A stretch of 64,000 nt of DNA, taken from positions 9,993 to 73,992 of the forward strand of contig JAKSNH010000009.1 of assembly GCA_024399955.1 (NCBI GenBank). Reading direction: 5' to 3'. Below the pieces are notes generated by a model. The model made no database searches, had not been told where the DNA came from, and worked only from the letters and a program-made list of their open reading frames with translations. Both the position numbers and the translations under genes were made by a program. The stretch comes from Paludibacteraceae bacterium. Lineage in GTDB: Bacteria > Bacteroidota > Bacteroidia > Bacteroidales > Paludibacteraceae. This document shows positions 36,255 through 43,458 of this stretch, piece by piece (within the stretch, counting starts at the first letter, position 1; every line of letters starts with the position of its first letter).

Positions 36255-37369
36255 TTCCCGACAGCCTCTATGATATAATCTAATTGTTCGTCACTCAATT
36301 CGGTATGCATCGGCAGCGACAGCACACATGATGCCAAACGTTCGGCTACCGGGAAGTCGCCACTCTTATAACGCACATCCTGATAAGCCTTCTGCAGATG
36401 CAACGGCACCGGATAATAAATCATGGCAGGCACATCCTTCGCAGCTAACTTAGCCTTCAACGCATCACGGTCCTGACCCACTACACGCAGCGTGTATTGA
36501 TGGAAGACATGCGTCGAATCATTGGCGCGACCGGGAATAAGTATATCCTCACGTCCTCCAAACGCTGCATCATAACGGGCTGCAGCCTTCTGACGGGCAG
36601 CGATGTACTCGTCCAAATGACCTAATTTAACATCCAAGATAGCGGCCTGAATACTGTCCAAACGTGAGTTAACACCCACCTCGTCATGATGGTACCTGAC
36701 TACCATGCCGTGATTGGCAATAGCACGCAGATGCGCCGCTAATTCGTCATCATTAGTGAACAAAGCGCCACCGTCTCCGTAGCAGCCTAAGTTCTTGGAG
36801 GGGAAGAAACTCGTGCAACCTATATCACCCATCGTGCCGGCTTGCTTAACCGTGCCGTCCGAGAACGTGTATTGCGCACCAATGGCTTGGCAGGCATCCT
36901 CCACTACATACAGATGATGCTCGCGAGCAATCGCTAAAATAGCCTCCATATTGGCGCATTGACCGAATAGATGCACCGGCACAATAGCCTTCGTCTTAGG
37001 AGTGATGGCACGGCGAATAGCATCCACCGAGATATTCATTGTATCCCAATCTACATCCACTACCACCGGAGTCAAGCCTAATAAGGCCACAACTTCCGCA
37101 GTAGCAATGAACGTAAACGTAGGAGTGATTACTTCGTCGCCGGGACGTAAACCTAAACCCATCAGAGCAATCTGCAATGCATCCGTGCCATTACCTACAG
37201 GAATGACATGCTTGGCACCGGTGTAGTGCTCCAAATGCTCTCGAAAAGATTCTACCTGAGGACCTTTGATGAACTGAGCCGAATCAATCACCTCTTGTAT
37301 GCCGCGGTCAATATCCGCCTTGATATGCTGATACTGCGTCTGCAGATCAACCATCTGAATCTTTTTCAT
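36251..37369 (-). CDS. DegT/DnrJ/EryC1/StrS-family sugar aminotransferase
   Basis: GNGTDALQIAL and SFFPSKNLGCYGDGG (PLP Lys) motifs. Confidence 0.85.
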   Translation of the reverse strand: MKKIQMVDLQTQYQHIKADIDRGIQEVIDSAQFIKGPQVESFREHLEHYTGAKHVIPVGNGTDALQIALMGLGLRPGDEVITPTFTFIATAEVVALLGLTPVVVDVDWDTMNISVDAIRRAITPKTKAIVPVHLFGQCANMEAILAIAREHHLYVVEDACQAIGAQYTFSDGTVKQAGTMGDIGCTSFFPSKNLGCYGDGGALFTNDDELAAHLRAIANHGMVVRYHHDEVGVNSRLDSIQAAILDVKLGHLDEYIAARQKAAARYDAAFGGREDILIPGRANDSTHVFHQYTLRVVGQDRDALKAKLAAKDVPAMIYYPVPLHLQKAYQDVRYKSGDFPVAERLASCVLSLPMHTELSDEQLDYIIEAVGK

Positions 37370-37413
37370 ATAATCTTTTTATTTATCCTAATTGGCTAAT
37401 TGGTTGATCAACG

Positions 37414-37746
37414 TCAACGTTTCTCAACCTGACTATTCGCTTCTTCGGCACCGGCAAATACACTGCCTTTATCCACCTTAATTACGATGTCCTTGGCAAT
37501 CTCTACCAAGAAAGCAGTATCTTGCACTTCCTTGATGATGCCGTAGATACCTCCTGAAGTCACTACTTTGTCACCTTTCTTCATGGCTTCACGCTGCTTT
37601 TGCAACTCCTTCTGACGCTTCGTCTGAGGACGAATCATAAAGAAATAGAAAACCACAAAGATAAGGATCATCATAATCCAAAAACTCAAACCACTTTGAC
37701 CTTGCTGCCCACCTGCAGCGGCTTGTAATAAAATCATCGATGTCAT
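37414..37746 (-). CDS. yajC: preprotein translocase subunit YajC
   Basis: TM helix followed by RPQTKRQKELQKQREAMKKGDKVVTSGGIYGII. Confidence 0.88.
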   Translation of the reverse strand: MTSMILLQAAAGGQQGQSGLSFWIMMILIFVVFYFFMIRPQTKRQKELQKQREAMKKGDKVVTSGGIYGIIKEVQDTAFLVEIAKDIVIKVDKGSVFAGAEEANSQVEKR

Positions 37747-37764
37747 AATTAGTATAATTTAAAT

Positions 37765-37812
37765 TGTTAATTGATAATTGGCTAATTCCTAATTGGCTAC
37801 TTGGCTAACTTA
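37765..37812 (+). repeat. TAATTGR/TAATTCC array between yajC and nusB, running into the nusB 3' end
   Basis: tgttaattgataattggctaattcctaattggctacttggctaactta. The last codons of nusB (KNFKLAK*) are encoded by it. Confidence 0.8.
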
Positions 37813-38732
37813 AAATTCTTCTCGCTTCGCAGTATCTCCTCCAATATACCGTTCACGAATAGGTAACTCTTGTCCCCCGAGTACTCTTTGGCCAACTCGA
37901 TATACTCGTTCATAGATACTTCGGCAGCAATATCCGGGAAGGCATAAATCTCCGTCAAGGCTGCCTGCAAAATAATCTGATCCATATAGGCAATACGTTC
38001 CATATCCCAGTTCTTGAGATGCGCGTTGATTTTCTCCATCAACTCTTGCTTGCGGCTAATGGCCTCCTCTAATAATTTCTCACCAAACCGCAATTCCTCT
38101 TCGCTATCGAATATCTGTAGCAACTCCTGGTCGGTACCCGCTTCTTGTGAAAAACGCTTGAGCGTCTTCACTACATAACTCAGCACTACATTCAAATCGG
38201 TGCTCCAATTGGCTTGGTCCAAACTGATTTCCATTTCCTCCAAAGCCTCCATCAACGCCTCGTTATCCGGCAGCAGATCCGAGTAAATCTTCTTCCAAAG
38301 CCCCTTCTCGTCCTCATACGTGGGCGCATCTAATTGCATAAAGGAGCGGTAATAATCCTTCTCCTGCAACTGCTTCATCAGTATCGGCATCACACTCATG
38401 CCGGCATCCCAACTCAAATGATTCTCATCCATGAGGTGACGCAAAGCGCGGAGACTGAATACTTGTTGTGCCAAACTACTCTGCGCAAAATGGCGATTAG
38501 CTACATATACGCGGTGCGTGGCCTTGGCCCTGTTCTCCGACTCCGCAATCTGCTGACCGGCATACGTACTTAACTCATCCATCAAACTCAATAACATACC
38601 ATACAAATTGTACGTGTCCGAGAAACTTTTTAATAGATCCTTGCGACTCTGATGCACCGTCCGATCACCGTCTTGATAATACGCAAAAAGACATTGCATC
38701 ACCTTCGTACGAACCATTGTTCTATTAATCAT
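37797..38732 (-). CDS. nusB: transcription antitermination factor NusB (long Bacteroidetes form)
   Basis: MINRTMVRTKVMQCLFAY start and C-terminal ...QAALTEIYAFPDIAAEVSMNEYIELAKEYS. Confidence 0.8.
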   Translation of the reverse strand: MINRTMVRTKVMQCLFAYYQDGDRTVHQSRKDLLKSFSDTYNLYGMLLSLMDELSTYAGQQIAESENRAKATHRVYVANRHFAQSSLAQQVFSLRALRHLMDENHLSWDAGMSVMPILMKQLQEKDYYRSFMQLDAPTYEDEKGLWKKIYSDLLPDNEALMEALEEMEISLDQANWSTDLNVVLSYVVKTLKRFSQEAGTDQELLQIFDSEEELRFGEKLLEEAISRKQELMEKINAHLKNWDMERIAYMDQIILQAALTEIYAFPDIAAEVSMNEYIELAKEYSGDKSYLFVNGILEEILRSEKNFKLAK

Positions 38733-38798
38733 ACCACTAATTATATTAAAATTTGCCGCAAAAATACAAAAAAATTTGGAAATATGCAAAAAAAACTG

Positions 38799-38806
38799 TA
38801 CTTTTG
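38799..38806 (+). promoter_or_regulatory. -7 box TACTTTTG for 38881..40218
   Basis: atatgcaaaaaaaactgTACTTTTGcac. Confidence 0.5.
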
Positions 38807-38825
38807 CACAAAATTAACCAACTTT

Positions 38826-38874
38826 TACTCTAAACTCTAAACTCTAAACTCTAAACGCTCAACGCTAAACTCTA
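38826..38874 (+). repeat. heptamer array (AACTCTA-type, 7 units) filling the 5' UTR up to the start codon
   Basis: tactcta aactcta aactcta aactcta aacgctc aacgcta aactcta, then atcgcc ATG. Confidence 0.9.
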
Positions 38875-38880
38875 ATCGCC

Positions 38881-40218
38881 ATGTTTACACCTTCCGACCT
38901 TCAACAACTCGCCCAAAAGGGAATAGCACCCTCTACGGTGCAAGACCAATTGGATGCCTTCCGCAATGGCTTCCCGTCTCTCAATATCGTCGCTCCTGCG
39001 TCTATAAAAAAAGGTATCATCAAACCATCCCGGGCGGAACAGGAACGGTACATCGCATTGTGGCAACAGTACCTCAATCAAGGACATTCGGTACTCAAAT
39101 TCGTGCCTGCTTCCGGAGCCGCTTCACGGATGTTCAAGGACTTATTCGCATACCTCGAGGACGGAGTGCAAACACCCTTCATCACCGAATTCCTAACCAA
39201 TAAAGATAAATTTGCCTTTGGCAATGAACTGGCAGGACTGTCCGGACAAGAGGCCGTTAAACACCTGCTCGAAGATATGCACTATGGTTCACTACCCAAA
39301 GGATTGCTGCTCTTCCATTCTTACCGCGATGGAGCACGCACTCCTGCGTTGGAGCACCTCGTTGAAGGTGCCCTCTATGCCGCATCCAATGGCGTGGTTA
39401 AACTGCATTTCACCGTCAGTCATGACCACCTGGCTATCTTCCGCAAACATATAGCCGATAACCTCGCTAAGTTCGAGAAGAAATACAACGTGCGCTTTGA
39501 GGTCTCGTTCTCTGAACAAATGCCATCTACCGACACCCTCGCCGCCAACCCGGACGGCACTCCCTTCCGAAACGAAGACGGTTCACTGCTCTTCCGACCC
39601 GGAGGACATGGTGCTCTCATTCATAACCTCAACCAACAAGATGCCGACATCGTCTTTATCAAGAATATCGACAACGTCGTACCCGATAAGCAGAAGAAAG
39701 ATACCATCCGATATAAACAAATCCTTGCTGGCGTGTTAATTGAGGAGCAGGAGCGTGTGTTTAAGGCGCTGATGAGTGATTCCCTTACCGAGGAGCAAAA
39801 AGCCGCTCTACGCCGTCCTATTCGCGTCTGTGGCGTGGTTAAGAACACCGGCGAACCCGGCGGTGGACCATTCCTGGTGCAGGAACAGGATGGAACAATC
39901 TCCTATCAGATACTCGAGTCCAGTCAAATAAGCGACCCGCAACTCATGGCGCAATCTACGCACTTCAACCCCGTCGATCTGGTGTGCGCACTCAAAGATG
40001 AAACGGGACAACCATACAACCTCGAGGATTTCGTGGACCCACAAACCGGATTCATATCGCATAAGTCCAAAAACGGTAAGGAACTGCTGGCACTCGAACT
40101 GCCCGGATTATGGAACGGCGCAATGAGCCGCTGGAACACCATCTTCGTCGAAGTACCTATATCCACCTTCAACCCTGTCAAAACAGTCAATGACTTGCTG
40201 CGCAAGGAACATCAATAA
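38881..40218 (+). CDS. DUF4301-like protein (nucleotidyl-transferase-like)
   Basis: FVPASGAASRMFK resembles the UDP-sugar pyrophosphorylase G-loop. The family call is from memory only. Confidence 0.5.
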   Translation: MFTPSDLQQLAQKGIAPSTVQDQLDAFRNGFPSLNIVAPASIKKGIIKPSRAEQERYIALWQQYLNQGHSVLKFVPASGAASRMFKDLFAYLEDGVQTPFITEFLTNKDKFAFGNELAGLSGQEAVKHLLEDMHYGSLPKGLLLFHSYRDGARTPALEHLVEGALYAASNGVVKLHFTVSHDHLAIFRKHIADNLAKFEKKYNVRFEVSFSEQMPSTDTLAANPDGTPFRNEDGSLLFRPGGHGALIHNLNQQDADIVFIKNIDNVVPDKQKKDTIRYKQILAGVLIEEQERVFKALMSDSLTEEQKAALRRPIRVCGVVKNTGEPGGGPFLVQEQDGTISYQILESSQISDPQLMAQSTHFNPVDLVCALKDETGQPYNLEDFVDPQTGFISHKSKNGKELLALELPGLWNGAMSRWNTIFVEVPISTFNPVKTVNDLLRKEHQ

Positions 40219-40219
40219 T

Positions 40220-40246
40220 GGTTAATTGGCTAATTGGTTAATTGCT
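40220..40246 (+). repeat. TAATTGG array between DUF4301 stop and CYTH start
   Basis: ggttaattggctaattggttaattgct. Confidence 0.8.
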
Positions 40247-40247
40247 T

Positions 40248-40787
40248 ATGTCCTGCCCCAATAACATAGAGATAGAACGCAAGTTCTTAGTTCGCGATGA
40301 CTCCTACAAAGCCCTCGCTACTTCCTCTATTCACATCCGCCAAGGCTACCTATCTCGTACCCCTAACTGCACCATCCGCGTAAGAATAGCCGAATCGTTA
40401 GCGTTTTTGACTATTAAGTCCAAACCCGCTCCCAACGGCTTTGCGCATTATGAGTTCGAAAAACCCATCTCGGTGGACGAAGCCAATGAATTGCTCCAAC
40501 TCGCCCTGCCCGGCATCATCGATAAACGCCGCTGGCTAGTACCCCTGCCTCCTGTCCCCTGCCACCTGTCCCCTGCCCCCTGTAACCTGCCACCTGTAAC
40601 CTGTAACCTGTTAGTGTGCGAAGTGGATGAGTTCTTCGGCGACAATGCCGGACTGGTCATGGCGGAGGTCGAACTGCCTTCCGAAGATACACCTTTCGTT
40701 CACCCCGACTTCCTCGGCGACGAAGTAACCTTCGATAAACGCTACTACAACTCCTACCTATCCCAACACCCCTTCACCACCTGGTAG
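40248..40787 (+). CDS. CYTH-domain (triphosphate tunnel metalloenzyme) protein with internal repeat insertion
   Basis: IEIERKFLV (ExExK) near the N-terminus and LVMAEVELPSED later. ATG at 40248 is preferred over the listed TTG at 40242. Confidence 0.75.
   Translation: MSCPNNIEIERKFLVRDDSYKALATSSIHIRQGYLSRTPNCTIRVRIAESLAFLTIKSKPAPNGFAHYEFEKPISVDEANELLQLALPGIIDKRRWLVPLPPVPCHLSPAPCNLPPVTCNLLVCEVDEFFGDNAGLVMAEVELPSEDTPFVHPDFLGDEVTFDKRYYNSYLSQHPFTTW
40543..40612 (+). repeat. heptamer array NNCCTGY x ~10 inside the CYTH coding sequence
   Basis: cccctgc ctcctgt cccctgc cacctgt cccctgc cccctgt aacctgc cacctgt aacctgt aacctgt, read as PLPPVPCHLSPAPCNLPPVTCNL. Confidence 0.9.
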
Positions 40788-40891
40788 ATTATTGTTAATT
40801 CGTGCCAACATAACCGCCGCGTCGAATTCATCATCATCGAATAAGATACCGTCGTAACCAATAATTGAGTACTGACAACTGATAAACAATT

Positions 40892-42550
40892 ATGAAAAAA
40901 CTAACTATTTTATTTGCCACCCTGACGCTATGCGCAGGACTGTGGGCATAGGAATCGTCCCAACCGGACACCATTCGTATCTATAATGACATCCTCATTA
41001 TGTATGAGGTACATGATCCCAAGACTTGGGAACAGGTCGGATGGATGTATTCTACCCATGACGAAGAGGAATTGTATATTTTTATTCGCACCAACCAAAT
41101 CGAAAAGTTTGGCACTTTTTCTTTTGAGAATCAAACCATTGATACGGTGGGATATTACAATTTGGTTCGTTTCGCATCTTCCCAAGATACGGTAAAGAAT
41201 AACTTTATTAAAGGTGAGATGACCATTGCGGAAATAGAAGATAGTATTGTTCTGGATGGTGAGTTTCTTGCCGATAATGGCAAAGTCTATCTGTTCCACT
41301 TGACACACCTTACTAAGGCACTGAATTATGACACAGATATACCCTTAAATGCAGACTTTGAATACTTCCAAATGAGTTACTACCTCAACAACGGCATTAT
41401 CAACATTGAAGCCAATAACATAGGCTATACACTCAATTTAGAACTCTACACCAGTCCTGATTCTACTAAGATTCCTGCCGGCACGTATACCATCTCTGAT
41501 AGCCATGAAGAGGGTACTGCTCTCTTATCCGTTGGAGTAGAAAACTTTGAGCCACAGTATTGTTATGCAGCTACAATGGACAATGTCGCCGGTATAATGC
41601 GTGACTTTTGGTTTATAACCGAAGGTAGTGTTACGCTCTACTATGACGAGTATGGCAAACTAAACGTAACTGTCAATGCCAAGAACTCCTACAATCAGGA
41701 GGGGCACTTGAATGTGAAATACAACTACGTCGAGCCCAAAGATAATACTATCACGTTTGATGAAAATGTGGATTTCGAAATATCTGAGTATATTTTTAAA
41801 GAAGGTATATATGCTGCTCAAGCATATTTAGATGCCTATATGATTACCTTATTTATGATAAAAACCGATACGATGAGCGGAGACTTTACTGCTTCAATGG
41901 ATCTCCCCGGTTGTACATTCCGCAGTCCTGAGACAGGTTATAAATATGATGTAAGAGACATCGACCGTTTTGTTATTACAGAAGAGGGTAAAAATCTCTT
42001 CTTGGAAGCATCTCTTCTCGCAGGTGATTCGATATATTATATCATAAAAGGCACCGGATACAAAGGTGCTATTCTTGGAGATTGCAAAACAAGTGATTTT
42101 GATGCAGTGTTTGAATATGCAAATGTGGCTTTAAGTCTTCTGGAGGGTGATACCTGCCTACTAACAGGAGGTGGTGAAGACCAAAATATTTTCATCACTT
42201 TATGTCCCGACTTTGCAGCAGACAGTACTGTCCTTCCGGGCACTTATCCTGTCATTAAATGTCTTGGCTGGAGTGAAGGAGGATTACTTCCTTCTAACGC
42301 AAGTACTCCAGATGCCGATTGGATGATACAAAGCGGAGACCTAACAATCAATGCAGACGGCTCTATGTCATTTGAGGGACTCAACTCCTACGACAGAACC
42401 GTGAAGTTCACTGTCACCGCCAAAGGTACCGCCCTTAAAACGGTTGACGGTGGACAATGCACGATGCACAATGGCAAGTATATCCACAAGGGACAACTGC
42501 TTATCCGCAAGAAAGGCAAGACTTACAACGCCGTAGGCATGGAACTCTGA
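40892..42550 (+). pseudogene. secreted (probable T9SS cargo) protein gene interrupted by in-frame TAG at 40949..40951
   Basis: The ATG at 40892 encodes signal peptide MKKLTILFATLTLCAGLWA, then TAG. The same frame then continues ESSQPDTIRIYNDILIMYEVHDP... for 533 codons with no further stop. The C-terminus KGQLLIRKKGKTYNAVGMEL resembles T9SS sorting tails. Confidence 0.55.
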
Positions 42551-42551
42551 C

Positions 42552-42579
42552 AACTGATAACTAATAACTAAGTACTAAA
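42552..42579 (+). repeat. heptamer array AACTRAT x4 after the cargo gene stop
   Basis: aactgat aactaat aactaag tactaaa. Confidence 0.75.
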
Positions 42580-42673
42580 AAGCGCAGCACAGCGAGCATA
42601 ATCGTTCGAGCCTTAGCGAGATAAGAACCCTCCGACCGTTGGTTGAGAAGGCCCTCCGCCTTCTCAAAAACGA

Positions 42674-42708
42674 AAGCGAGGCCCGTTTTGGGTCTCGCTT
42701 TGTTTTTT
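42674..42708. terminator. bidirectional rho-independent terminator
   Basis: aagcgaggccc-gtttt-gggtctcgctt is followed by tgtttttt on plus. On minus the same stem is followed by tcgttttt, which serves the tRNA-Ser. Confidence 0.7.
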
Positions 42709-42709
42709 G

Positions 42710-42796
<87 letters not shown>

Positions 42797-42799
42797 TTT

Positions 42800-42873
42800 C
42801 GTCGTCGCAACAAGTTCGCGAGGGTTGATTGCCACTTCGTTTAATCAACAGGCGACTTGTGCTCCTCCTCTCC
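42800..42873 (-). repeat. tRNA-Ser 5' leader hairpin element (copy of 23525..23601)
   Basis: Inner stem gttgatt (42824-42830) / aatcaac (42843-42849) and outer stem acaagt (42810-42815) / acttgt (42855-42860). Confidence 0.75.
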
Positions 42874-42939
42874 TCATCGGTGTTACCACCTCTTCGGTTT
42901 TTGAAGTGTTTTGATTTAACTGAAATTCGAAATCGGGTG

Positions 42940-42947
42940 CAAAGGTA
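42940..42947 (-). promoter_or_regulatory. -7 box (TACCTTTG on minus) with TTTG 20 nt upstream; only recognisable promoter for tRNA-Ser
   Basis: The minus strand reads atatTTGCacaatccaaaaaaaagcagTACCTTTGcaccc. This implies a ~135-nt leader. Confidence 0.55.
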
Positions 42948-43034
42948 CTGCTTTTTTTTGGATTGTGCAAATATTTTTTCAATGCCTCCCCCTATTTCGG
43001 GTGAATTGTGAGCTTGCGAACAAGACGGCGTCCG

Positions 43035-43078
43035 AAATAAAAATTATACTTTTTGCACGAAATCGCGATTTTTGGGCA
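43035..43078 (-). repeat. inverted copy of the 23671..23718 module
   Basis: The reverse complement is tgcccaaaaatcgcgatttcgtgcaaaaagtataatttttattt. Confidence 0.85.
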
Positions 43079-43334
43079 CAATAAAAGGAACGGCTATTTA
43101 GCCGCTCCTTCTTTGTAATGTCTCGGTCGGCTTGCTCTCCCCGAGCGCCTTCTCTTTTCGAAGCCAAAAGTCACTTGGCTTCTCCATCCTCGTCGATTTT
43201 CTTTTCGAGGTGCTTGCTTCCAAAAATAGTAATCTACCACCAATCTATCACCTGCTTACAGCTCCATTCTTATTAAAAATAGAGTTTTCATCCAAAAATT
43301 GCGTTTTTTTCTTGCATATTTGCAGAAAAAGTGT

Positions 43335-43342
43335 TACCTTTG
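43335..43342 (+). promoter_or_regulatory. -7 box TACCTTTG upstream of pheT (a second box TAATTTTG lies at 43404..43411)
   Basis: cttgcatatttgcagaaaaagtgtTACCTTTGcaag. Confidence 0.5.
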
Positions 43343-43458
43343 CAAGCGCAAAGAAAGCCATTTCCTTAGATATGGTCTTTTCGTCATGCGGAAACACCAT
43401 GTGTAATTTTGCACGCAAAATGGTGTGTATACAATAATTGGGCTATTATAGTTTTATT

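Noticed and set aside
42645-42665. Hairpin gagaaggc-cctcc-gccttctc as an additional terminator
   Set aside because: It is not followed by a T-run on either strand. The adjacent 42674-42708 hairpin has proper T-tracts in both directions.
42979-43437. ORFs 42979..43167 (-) and 43132..43437 (+) between tRNA-Ser and pheT
   Set aside because: They span promoter cassettes and hairpin repeats, and no coding periodicity or motifs are evident. The region is treated as non-coding (possible sRNA, see findings).
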